DNA of 24,393 bases from Burkholderiaceae bacterium (GTDB lineage Bacteria > Pseudomonadota > Gammaproteobacteria > Burkholderiales > Burkholderiaceae_C), in contig JBEBHW010000001.1 of the NCBI GenBank assembly GCA_040081145.1, positions 1-24,393 on the forward strand. Reading direction: 5' to 3'. Below, piece by piece: positions 1 through 8,122 of this stretch. Positions within the stretch are counted from its first letter, which is position 1. Each line of letters starts with the position of its first letter. The notes beneath the pieces are model-generated. The model worked only from the letters and a program-made list of their open reading frames with translations. It did not search any database and had not been told where the DNA came from. Made by a program: the position numbers and the translations under genes.

Positions 1-1240
1 CGGTCCACACATAACTCGACAAACCGTACGCCGTCGCGTTGGCGAGTTGAATGGCTTGTGCTTCATCGGCAAACGGAATCAGGCACGCGACCGGGCCGAA
101 AATCTCTTCCTGCGCAATGCGCATCCGGTTGTCGACGTCGGCGAATACGGTCGGGCGAACGAAGTTGCCGCGTTGCATCGGCGTCGGCAAGTCAGGCGCT
201 TCGAGACCACCGCACAGCAGCGTCGCACCCTCTTTCGGCCCGAGCTCGATGTAGCCGCGCACCTTGGCCAGATGCGCCGGACTGATCATGGGGCCGATGG
301 TGGTTGCGGGATCGAGCGGGTCGCCCACCGCGATGCGCTTGGCGCGCTCGACAAAACGCTCGACGAACTTCGCATACACGCCGCGTTGCACAAGGACTCG
401 CGAGCCCGCCGTGCAGCGCTCGCCGTTGTTGCTGAAGATCATGAACACGGCAGCGTCCAGCGCACGCTCGAAGTCGGCGTCGTCGAAGATCACGAACGGG
501 CTTTTGCCCCCGAGCTCCATGCTGAACTTCTTCAGCCCTGCGCTCCTGACGATGCGGTTCCCGGTGAGCGTGGAGCCGGTGAAGGAAATGGCGCGCACGT
601 CCGGGTGAGCCACAAGCGGCTCGCCCGCTTCGGTACCGTAGCCGTGCACGATGTTCAGAACGCCGGCCGGTACGCCGGCCTCCAACGCCAGCTCGCCCAG
701 GCGCGCCGCGCTCATCGGCGAGAGTTCGCTCATCTTCAGCACCGCCGTGTTGCCGAAGGCGAGTGCCGGCGCCGTCTTCCACGTCGCCGTCATGAACGGC
801 ACGTTCCACGGACTGATCAGCGCGCACACGCCCACAGGGTGGAACAGGGTGTAGTTGAGGTGCGTGGGCGTCGGGTAGGTGTGGCCGTCGACGCGCGTGC
901 ACATCTCCGCGAAGTAGTAAAAATTGTCGGCCGCGCGCGGGATGAGTTGTTTGCCGGTCTGCGCGATGACCTGGCCGGTGTCGCGCGTTTCCGTTTGCGC
1001 AAGCTCATCGACGTGCCGCGCAATCAGGTCGCCCAGGCGCCGCATGACCGATGCGCGCTGCGCCGCAGCGAGGCCGGCCCACGCGGGAAACGCCGCCTTG
1101 GCTGCGGCGACCGCGGCGTTCACCTCGTTCGCACCGCCGCGTGCCACCTCCGCCAAGACCTCCTGCGTCGCCGGATTCAGCGTCGTGAAGTAGTCGTTTC
1201 CCGCGACGGGCTTGCCGGCAATCAGGTGGTCGATTCGCAT
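1..1240 (-). CDS. hpaE: 5-carboxymethyl-2-hydroxymuconate semialdehyde dehydrogenase (ALDH family), 3' end runs off the window
   Basis: Not in the ORF track (no stop in window); translated by hand from ATG at 1240: MRIDHLIAGKPVAGNDYFTTLNPATQEVLAEVA... ALDH motifs MELGGKSP, FSNNGERCTAGS (catalytic Cys) and QLANATAYGLSSYVWT are in frame. Lies directly after an hpaG pair. Confidence 0.9.
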   Translation of the reverse strand, partial: MRIDHLIAGKPVAGNDYFTTLNPATQEVLAEVARGGANEVNAAVAAAKAAFPAWAGLAAAQRASVMRRLGDLIARHVDELAQTETRDTGQVIAQTGKQLIPRAADNFYYFAEMCTRVDGHTYPTPTHLNYTLFHPVGVCALISPWNVPFMTATWKTAPALAFGNTAVLKMSELSPMSAARLGELALEAGVPAGVLNIVHGYGTEAGEPLVAHPDVRAISFTGSTLTGNRIVRSAGLKKFSMELGGKSPFVIFDDADFERALDAAVFMIFSNNGERCTAGSRVLVQRGVYAKFVERFVERAKRIAVGDPLDPATTIGPMISPAHLAKVRGYIELGPKEGATLLCGGLEAPDLPTPMQRGNFVRPTVFADVDNRMRIAQEEIFGPVACLIPFADEAQAIQLANATAYGLSSYVWT

Positions 1241-1258
1241 GCGTGGGTCCAGATGAAA

Positions 1259-2026
1259 TCAGCGCTTGAACGACGCATCGTCGCCAATCGTGTTGCGCAG
1301 CGTGCCGATGCCGTCGATCTCAGTGACCACGTCGTCGCCGCAGTTCACGTTGACCACGCCGTCGGGCGTGCCGGTGAGGATCACGTCGCCCGCCTGCAGC
1401 GTCATGAACTCGCTGAGGTATTCGATGAGTTCGGGAATTCGATTGATCATTTGACCGGTGTGGCCCTGTTGCGTGCGTTTGCCGTTGACGAAGGTGCGCA
1501 GCTCCAGCGCGTGCGGGTCGGCAACTTCGGCGGCTGGAACGAACCACGGGCCCAGAACGGTCGCGCCGTCGCGATTCTTCACGCGCAGGTTCGGCCGGTA
1601 CCAGTTCTCCAGGTAGTCGCGAAACGCGTAGTCGTTGCAGACGCAATACCCACCGACGAATGCCATGGCGTCGGCGCGCTTCACGCGCTTCGCGCGCGCA
1701 CCGATGATCACGGCCAGTTCGCACTCGTAATGCATGAAGCTCACGTCGGCCGGGCGACGCGTGACGCCGCGGTGCCCGAGCACGCTGTTCGGCCCTTTCA
1801 GGAACACGAGCGGCTCGTCTTGCGCCGTCACGGTCAACTCTTTCGCGAGTTCCTTCGCGTGATCGGCGTAGTTCAGACCGAGTGCGACGATCGTTCCCAC
1901 ATCAAAGGGCGCGAGCCACACCACCTCGTCTTCGGCGACGATGCGCCCGTCGTGCAAGCGCAAGCGCTCGCCGTGCGGCGTGGCCTCGAAGAGTGCGCCG
2001 ACGTAGGCGATCCGTGCCGTCTTCAT
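1259..2026 (-). CDS. hpaG: Fumarylacetoacetate hydrolase family protein, HpaG C-terminal-type subunit (4-hydroxyphenylacetate degradation isomerase/decarboxylase)
   Basis: FAH motifs LGLNYADH, EPLVFLK, YECELAVIIG, NDY, GDVILTGTP. 4-nt overlap with upstream partner; upstream of hpaE. Confidence 0.88.
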   Translation of the reverse strand: MKTARIAYVGALFEATPHGERLRLHDGRIVAEDEVVWLAPFDVGTIVALGLNYADHAKELAKELTVTAQDEPLVFLKGPNSVLGHRGVTRRPADVSFMHYECELAVIIGARAKRVKRADAMAFVGGYCVCNDYAFRDYLENWYRPNLRVKNRDGATVLGPWFVPAAEVADPHALELRTFVNGKRTQQGHTGQMINRIPELIEYLSEFMTLQAGDVILTGTPDGVVNVNCGDDVVTEIDGIGTLRNTIGDDASFKR

Positions 2027-2715
2027 GGCACGTTCTCCGGCGCGATGTGCAAGCTGATGTCGAGCCGGCCCAGACCGTCGATCTCGACCGCTGCGCGCTG
2101 CCCGGCGCGCGCGCGCGGCGCGCCGTGGGCGACGCCGAGCAGCAGCACGTCGCCGGCCTGGAACGTCATGAAGTCGCTGACCTCAGCGATCAGCCGCGCC
2201 GCCGGGCGCAGCATGTCCTGCGTGCCGGCGCGCTGCACCACGTGGCCGTCGATGGCGATCCGAACTTCCAGATCGTCCGGATTCGGAATGTCCGCGCGCG
2301 GTATCAGCCGCGGCCCCATCGGGCAATAGCCGTCACGCGCCTTGAGGCGAACGCTGGGGCGATAGAACACGCTGTGCGGCACGCTGATGTCGGCGACGAT
2401 GATGTAGCCCTGCACGAAGTCGAGCGCCGACGCCTCGCTCACCCGGCACGCCGTGCGCGCGAACACCATGCCCAGGCTGGCGCCGATTTCGAGTTCGCTC
2501 GCCCCGGCGGGAATCATCACCTCGGCGCCTGAGGTGGCAAACGTATTGCGCGGCTTGATGTACAGCACCGGGGCGCGCGGTGGCGCTTTGTACGGCGGCT
2601 GGTGAACCGCGTCGCCCAAGGCGTGCAGCGCGGCGCGGTGATTCAGCAAGGTGCCGTAGACCGTTCCGGCGCAGCGATACGCAGGCGCGTCCGTCATGTG
2701 CGCCTGCGCACTCAC
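2023..2715 (-). CDS. hpaG: Fumarylacetoacetate hydrolase family protein, HpaG N-terminal-type subunit
   Basis: GTVYGTLLNH...PPYKAPPRAPVLYIKPRNT is typical of the split HpaG N-subunit; GDVLLLG near the C-terminus. Start uncertain: GTG 2733, GTG 2715 (AAGGG upstream) or ATG 2697. Confidence 0.85.
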   Translation of the reverse strand: MSAQAHMTDAPAYRCAGTVYGTLLNHRAALHALGDAVHQPPYKAPPRAPVLYIKPRNTFATSGAEVMIPAGASELEIGASLGMVFARTACRVSEASALDFVQGYIIVADISVPHSVFYRPSVRLKARDGYCPMGPRLIPRADIPNPDDLEVRIAIDGHVVQRAGTQDMLRPAARLIAEVSDFMTFQAGDVLLLGVAHGAPRARAGQRAAVEIDGLGRLDISLHIAPENVP

Positions 2716-2770
2716 TGGTGCACCCTTCGGCACGGGCGACGAACGGCCCCTGCGGGCGGCCGAGCGGGCC

Positions 2771-4081
2771 TCATGTCCGCACCGCGGGCTTGGACATGCG
2801 GTCCGCGAGCCCGGCCCAGCAGTCGCTGTAGGCGGGGTCGAGGGCGCCGCAGGTGATCGCGTAGTCGGTGGGCACGAAGCGCCAGCGGCTTTCGAACATG
2901 AAGGCGAGCGTGTTGTCGAGCTTGTGCGGCGCCAAGGTCATCGTGCTGGCTTTGTCGAAGGCTGCGGCGTCCGGCCCATGCGGCACCATGCAGTTGTGCA
3001 GGCTCGCGCCGCCGGGCTTGAAGCCATCGGGCTTGGCGTCGTACTGGCCGTACACGAGGCCCATGAATTCGCTCATCAGGTTGCGGTGATACCAGGCCGG
3101 GCGGAACGTGTCTTCGGCGACCATCCAGCGCGGCGGGAAGATCACGAAGTCGCAGTTCGCCGTGCCTGGCGTGTCCGAAGGCGATGTGAGCACGGTGAAG
3201 ATCGAGGGATCGGGGTGGTCGAAACTGATCGAGCCGATTGTCATGAAGTTCGCCGTGTCGTACTTGCACGGCGTGAGGTTGCCGTGCCAGGCGACCACGT
3301 TGAAGGGGCTCGCGGCTTGCGTATTGCGCCAGAGGCGCCCACCGAATTTCTTGACGACGTGCGTCTCGCCTTGCGCGTCTTCAAATGCCGCCACGGGGCT
3401 CAGGAAGTCGCGCGGGTTGGCCAGGCCGTTGGCGCCGATCGGCCCGAGTTCGGGCAAGCGAAACGGCGCGCCGTAGTTCTCGGCGACATAACCGCGCGAC
3501 GGGCCGTCGGGAAGCTCGACACGAAACGCCAAGCCGCGCGGCAGCAACAGCACCTCGCCGGGTTTCGCGTGCAAGACCCCGAGTTCGGTGCGAACGATCA
3601 ACCGCCCCTGTTGCGGGACGAGCAGCATTTCGGCGTCGGCGTTCACGAGCGCGCGCCGCGTCATCGAGACATTCGCCACGTAGATGAGTGCGGCCAGGCC
3701 CGATTGCGCTTCGACATCGCCGTTGGCGACGAGGGTGCGCAGCCCGTCGACGAAGTCGAGATCTTCAGCGGGAATCGGAAACGCATTCCAGCGCATTGGG
3801 TCGGGTGCGACCGCTCGGCCGCCCGCCGCGCCACTCGTCCACCAGGGCTGCGAATACGCTTCATAGCGCCCCGTCACGACAGAGGGCTGGCGCCGGTACA
3901 TCCAGGTGCGCCGGTTCTCGGCGCGCGGCGCGGTGAACGCGGTTCCCGAAATTTGCTCGGCGTAGAGCCCGAGCGGCGCGCGCTGCGGGCTGTTGCGCCC
4001 CTGCGGCAACGCGCCCGCGACCGCCTCGCTGGCGAATTCATTGCCAAAGCCGGAAAGGTATTGCAGGTCGGTGCTGCTCAC
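2771..4081 (-). CDS. hmgA: Homogentisate 1,2-dioxygenase
   Basis: [13 protein letters not shown]...[12 protein letters not shown]-terminus, [14 protein letters not shown], Fe ligands in [11 protein letters not shown] (His, Glu) and [10 protein letters not shown] (His); 436 aa. Confidence 0.97.
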   Translation of the reverse strand: MSSTDLQYLSGFGNEFASEAVAGALPQGRNSPQRAPLGLYAEQISGTAFTAPRAENRRTWMYRRQPSVVTGRYEAYSQPWWTSGAAGGRAVAPDPMRWNAFPIPAEDLDFVDGLRTLVANGDVEAQSGLAALIYVANVSMTRRALVNADAEMLLVPQQGRLIVRTELGVLHAKPGEVLLLPRGLAFRVELPDGPSRGYVAENYGAPFRLPELGPIGANGLANPRDFLSPVAAFEDAQGETHVVKKFGGRLWRNTQAASPFNVVAWHGNLTPCKYDTANFMTIGSISFDHPDPSIFTVLTSPSDTPGTANCDFVIFPPRWMVAEDTFRPAWYHRNLMSEFMGLVYGQYDAKPDGFKPGGASLHNCMVPHGPDAAAFDKASTMTLAPHKLDNTLAFMFESRWRFVPTDYAITCGALDPAYSDCWAGLADRMSKPAVRT

Positions 4082-4134
4082 AGTAGTGCTCGAGTGAAGG
4101 GTGTCAGGCGGCCGTGGCGTTGGCGCCGATTGTC

Positions 4135-4356
4135 CTATGCCGGGACACCCGCCTCAGCCTTGCCGAGCGTACTCGCCCGCGCGGCGCCCAAGGCCTCGCG
4201 CAGCACGTCGAAGTCGCCGACGTGATTGGCCAGCAGCAGCACGAGTTTGGCATTCAGCTCGTGACTCTGCGAAGTCGCCAGGTCGCGGTGCGCGTCGATC
4301 AAGGCTTCGTAAAAATCATCGGGGGCGGCAAGGTTGGTGGCAGTGACGAGGGGCAC
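4135..4356 (-). CDS. DUF2783-type small protein
   Basis: 73 aa, [17 protein letters not shown]...[22 protein letters not shown] pattern recognised as DUF2783. AAGGAG SD upstream of GTG 4356. Confidence 0.85.
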   Translation of the reverse strand: MPLVTATNLAAPDDFYEALIDAHRDLATSQSHELNAKLVLLLANHVGDFDVLREALGAARASTLGKAEAGVPA

Positions 4357-4380
4357 GACGAACTCCTTGATTCAGGTCAA

Positions 4381-6102
4381 TCAGGTCAGCAGGTCCGGCA
4401 GCGCCAGCGCGCGCCGCAGCGCTGCGCGCAGGGCGTGCGGGTCGGTGCGGCGCCAGCGTGCGCAGACGTGCTGATCGGGGCGCAGCAGGATCAGCGTGCC
4501 GTCGCGGCCATCGTAGCGCTGCGTCAGCAGCCCTTGCACGTCAACGAGGCTGCGTGCACCCTCGACTTGCGCAGGCGAAGAACCCGGGCGCACGACCACC
4601 AGCACCTGCAGTGGCGCGAGTCCGTGAGCTGCCTGCTGCAAGTCCTGAACGCGTGCCGCGACATTCGTGCCGCCGAACAGCAGCGCCTTGAATCTTGCGC
4701 CGTGCAGCTCGCGCAACAACCACCCCGGTGCCGCGCCTTCGGCCTGAACCGGCGCGTCGGCGGCCGGCGCGCCCGGCTGCATCGCGCCGCTGAAGGTGTC
4801 GGTGTCGGGCGTGTTGAGCGGCGATTCGCGCAATGTGGCCGGCACCGACAAGCGCCCGCTGTTCACGAGCGAGCGTGCGAAGCGGTGCGTCTTCGCCAGG
4901 TCGAGGGTTGCGTCACGGAAGAGGCGGCTGACCTCGCTCTTGGGCGTGATGAAGTCGGTGGCGCGCGTCGAGTTCGCAATGTTCTCGTCGGCGGCGTAGT
5001 CGCGCTCCGCGGCGTAGCTGTCGAGCAGCAGATCGCCGGCGCGCCCTTGCAAGACTGCGGCGAGTTTCCACGCCAGGTTCTCGGCGTCTTGCACGCCCGA
5101 GTTCGCGCCGCGCGCGCCGAAGGGCGAGACGCCGTGCGCCGCGTCGCCGGCGAAGATCACCCGGCCATGGCGGAATCGCTCGAGCCGCTGGCAGGCGAAG
5201 GTGTAGACGCTCGCCCAGCCGATCTCGAATTCAACGTGAGGCGCGCCGATGCTGTCGAGCAAGGCGCGTATCCGCGGCCGGATGCGCTCGGGCTGACGCT
5301 CGGCTTGCGGGTCCGCATGCCAGCCGAGCTGGAAGTCGGTGCGCCACAGGCCGTCGGCCTGCTTGTGCAGGAGCACGCTTTGGCCCGGATGGAACGTCGG
5401 GTCGAACCAGAAGCGCCGCTCGGCAGGGAAATCGGGCGCGTCCATTCTGATGTCGGCAATCAGGAAGCGGTCGCGAAAGGTTCTCCCTGTCGCTTCGAGC
5501 CCCAGCAAGCCGCGCAGCGCCGACTTCGAGCCGTCGCACGCCGCCACGTACTCGGCCTCCAACACGTAAGGCCCATCCGGCGTCTCGACCGTCAGGCGCA
5601 CATGGTCGGCGCGAACCTCGACGCCGTTGACCGCGCTCTTCCAGCGCATCTCGAGGTTCGGCAACGCTGCGGCGCGGTCGGCCAGATACCCCTCAACGTA
5701 ATACTGCTGCAAGTTGATGAACGCCGGCCGCTCGTGGCCGGGTTCGGGCAACAAGTTGAAGGTGTAGAGCTGCGCCTCGCGAAAGTAGACCCGGCCCACA
5801 TTCCACGACACACCCTTGGCCACCATCGGATCGGCGCAGCCCAGGCGATCGAAGATTTCCAGCGTGCGTTTGGCAAAGCAGATCGCGCGCGAGCCGCTCG
5901 AGAGGCGATCGTCGTCATCGAGCAGCAGCACGGATACGCCTTGCTGCGCCAGATCGATCGCCAGCGCCAGCCCTACCGGTCCGGCGCCGACGATCACCAC
6001 CGGGTAGCGCAGCGGCGCCGGCGCGGCGTGGTCGGGCGCTTTGCGATAGGGGAACTGCAACGCCTCGTAGTCGCGCGACTCAGGCAGCGTTCTGCCGCTC
6101 AT
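4381..6102 (-). CDS. FAD-dependent aromatic monooxygenase (MhpA/PheA-like, group A)
   Basis: GAGPVG Rossmann motif, ACDGSKS (DG motif), FAGDAAH (GD motif), PFGARGANSG, C-terminal LLRPDQHV thioredoxin-like domain; 573 aa. Confidence 0.92.
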   Translation of the reverse strand: MSGRTLPESRDYEALQFPYRKAPDHAAPAPLRYPVVIVGAGPVGLALAIDLAQQGVSVLLLDDDDRLSSGSRAICFAKRTLEIFDRLGCADPMVAKGVSWNVGRVYFREAQLYTFNLLPEPGHERPAFINLQQYYVEGYLADRAAALPNLEMRWKSAVNGVEVRADHVRLTVETPDGPYVLEAEYVAACDGSKSALRGLLGLEATGRTFRDRFLIADIRMDAPDFPAERRFWFDPTFHPGQSVLLHKQADGLWRTDFQLGWHADPQAERQPERIRPRIRALLDSIGAPHVEFEIGWASVYTFACQRLERFRHGRVIFAGDAAHGVSPFGARGANSGVQDAENLAWKLAAVLQGRAGDLLLDSYAAERDYAADENIANSTRATDFITPKSEVSRLFRDATLDLAKTHRFARSLVNSGRLSVPATLRESPLNTPDTDTFSGAMQPGAPAADAPVQAEGAAPGWLLRELHGARFKALLFGGTNVAARVQDLQQAAHGLAPLQVLVVVRPGSSPAQVEGARSLVDVQGLLTQRYDGRDGTLILLRPDQHVCARWRRTDPHALRAALRRALALPDLLT

Positions 6103-6141
6103 CGGGCGCGCCTCGGGCCGCGCATCAAAGGCGGCCGCACG

Positions 6142-7095
6142 TCATTTTTCCAACGCAGCCCACATCTCGATGTCGCGCTGCGCGGTCCAGATGCGCGGGT
6201 CCGCGTACTTCGTCGCTTCGTCATAACAGCGTGTCACGTCGAACGGCATGCAGTGGTTGAAGATCACCCAGTGGCCATACTTGGGCTGCAGCTTGGCGAA
6301 AGTCTGCTTGTAGACCGCGTTCAAGTCCTTGCCTGCGGCCACCCCGGCTTTGACGCTGCGCCACACGTCAGCGATGAAGCCGCGCGTGCTTTTCAAACCT
6401 TGCGCCACCGCAGCAGGCGTCGTGAGCGCCGCGCCACGGCCCGGCACGAGGGCGCGGGGCGCAAGCGCGGCAAGCTTGTCGAGCGTCTTCGGCCAGTCTT
6501 GAAAATAGGCGTCTCCGGCGTACGGCGTCGCGTCGAACTCGACCAGATCGCCGGAGAACAGAATCTTCTGCTCGGGCAGCCACGCCACCGTATCCCCCTT
6601 GGTGTGGCCACGGCCGAGCTGAAGCAGCTGCACCTCCAACTTGCCGAGCCACAGGCTCATGCTGCCGACAAACGTCAGCGTCGGCCACGTCATTCCCGGC
6701 GGCACCGATTCGACGGCTTGAAAGAGGCGCGGAAAGCGCCCGATCTCGCTCGCCTTGTCGGCCTCGCCACGCTCGACGATCAGGTCATACGTGTCGCGGC
6801 TCGCGATGATGTGCTGCGGCTGATACGCGGTGGCACCGAGTACACGCACCGCGTGGTAGTGGCTCAGCACGACGTATTTGATGGGCAGATCGGTCACCGT
6901 GCGTATATGGCGGATCACGTCTTGCGCCATCACCGGCGTGGCTTGCGTGTCGATCACCATCACCGCGTCGTCGCCAATGATGACGCCGGTGTTCGGGTCG
7001 CCTTCGGCGGTGTAGGCGTAGGCGTTTTCGCTCAGGCGCGTGAACGTGACCTTTTTTTCTTCGAGGTCGGCTTGGGAGGCGAAGGTCTTGCTCAA
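6142..7095 (-). CDS. Metallo-beta-lactamase-fold protein with non-canonical metal motif
   Basis: DPNTGVIIGDDAVMVIDT, SHYHAVR, GHTKGD, FSGDL, LVPGRG. Start set at TTG 7095 because GGAG lies 5 nt upstream; the track ORF starts at 7122. Confidence 0.88.
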   Translation of the reverse strand: MSKTFASQADLEEKKVTFTRLSENAYAYTAEGDPNTGVIIGDDAVMVIDTQATPVMAQDVIRHIRTVTDLPIKYVVLSHYHAVRVLGATAYQPQHIIASRDTYDLIVERGEADKASEIGRFPRLFQAVESVPPGMTWPTLTFVGSMSLWLGKLEVQLLQLGRGHTKGDTVAWLPEQKILFSGDLVEFDATPYAGDAYFQDWPKTLDKLAALAPRALVPGRGAALTTPAAVAQGLKSTRGFIADVWRSVKAGVAAGKDLNAVYKQTFAKLQPKYGHWVIFNHCMPFDVTRCYDEATKYADPRIWTAQRDIEMWAALEK

Positions 7096-7289
7096 GGCAG
7101 CTCCAAAAAAGTCAGATGGCAAGCCAAGTATCGCGCCTGCCCGATCGCCACGGCACTCGCGAGCTCGGCGGCGCCGGCGGCCGCGGCATTCGATGGCGCC
7201 ACCAATGCGTAACAGCGTGGCGGTTTTGGGCGGCGCATGCCGTATCTGTCAGCGAGGCCTCTGCAACTCGGCAAACCAAGGACCGACCC

Positions 7290-7839
7290 ATGCGCGCACG
7301 TCACCCCACAGCTTTCGCTCCTGTCGCGCTTGCATTCGGCGCAGTTGCAGCAACGGCGACCTGGCCACGCCCGTCGCGGCGCGGCGCAGTCGCCGCGATG
7401 CGCAGCTCGGGCTGGGCCTGGACCGTCGTGCTCGCCGGCATGCTGCCCGGTTGCGGGGGCGGCGGCGGGGGTGGCGCAGCGCCGCCGGCCGTCGCGGCCA
7501 GCTACAGCGTCGGCGGCAACGTCGGCGGACTGACGGGCACGGTCGTGCTGCAGAACAACGGCGGCGACGCGCTGTCCCTGTCGACGAATTCCGGGTTCGT
7601 CTTCAGCGCCGCGGTACCCGACGGCGGCAGCTACGCGCTTGCGGTCCTGACCCAACCCGCCGGGCAGACCTGCTCTGTGAGCAACGGCTCGGGCACAGTG
7701 AACGGCGGCAACGTGATCAACGTGTCGGTCACCTGCACGACGGAGAGCACCGCCGTGCGATTCGAGCGGCAACGGCATGCTGGTATGGGTTGAGTTCGAA
7801 GGCACGAGCGCCTTCGTCTGGGCGCGGCGCTTCCAGTGA
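7290..7839 (+). pseudogene. Lipoprotein with an Ig-like 'YSVGG..V.GL.G..VLQNNG' domain; appears internally deleted and frameshifted
   Basis: AAGGA SD then ATG 7290 (alternative ATG 7398). Lipobox-like MLPGC followed by a poly-Gly linker, then one complete domain ending NVSVTC; frame stops at 7793. A different frame at 7759-7839 reads DSSGNGMLVWVEFEGTSAFVWARRFQ*, which resembles a terminal repeat of such proteins. Confidence 0.65.
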
Positions 7840-7865
7840 CTGCGCCGGCGAGTCCCCTCTAGAAT
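7836..7865 (+). promoter_or_regulatory. Candidate sigma70 promoter for DUF3460-scpA
   Basis: GTGACT (7836-7841), 18 nt spacer, TAGAAT (7860-7865), about 40 nt upstream of ATG 7906. Confidence 0.4.
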
Positions 7866-7905
7866 GATGCGCACGGCACCCCAGCCGACACTTTTGCGGA
7901 CCGCC

Positions 7906-8103
7906 ATGCCTCTGTTCTGGAAACATTACAAGTCCGACACCACGTCGTTCATCGAACACCTCAAGGCGCGCAAGCCCACGCTGGAGGCCGAACAACGCCA
8001 GGGGCGCGCCCTGCTCTGGGACCGCCGCATCGACCGCGACGCGCAGGCCGATTACGGCGACGCCAAAGTGGCGCAACAGCCTTACGTCTACCAGACCAAG
8101 TAG
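7906..8103 (+). CDS. DUF3460 family protein
   Basis: Y.SD.T.FI..LK...P.LEA.Q..GRALLWD...PYVYQ pattern; typical neighbour of scpA in Burkholderiales. Start ATG 7906 preferred over 7864. Confidence 0.85.
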   Translation: MPLFWKHYKSDTTSFIEHLKARKPTLEAEQRQGRALLWDRRIDRDAQADYGDAKVAQQPYVYQTK

Positions 8104-8122
8104 CCGCGGGCGCGCGCAAGCC

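Noticed and set aside
47-2329. 760-aa + strand ORF
   Set aside because: Antisense shadow of hpaE/hpaG; Arg-rich, no motifs. Expected in high-GC DNA.
6689-6700. GTCATTCCCGGC resembling the REP-like start
   Set aside because: Inside the MBL coding sequence (encodes PPGMT) with no matching inverted arm.
4114-7212. 1032-aa + strand ORF
   Set aside because: Lies exactly antisense to three well-supported minus-strand genes; no recognisable domain or SD.
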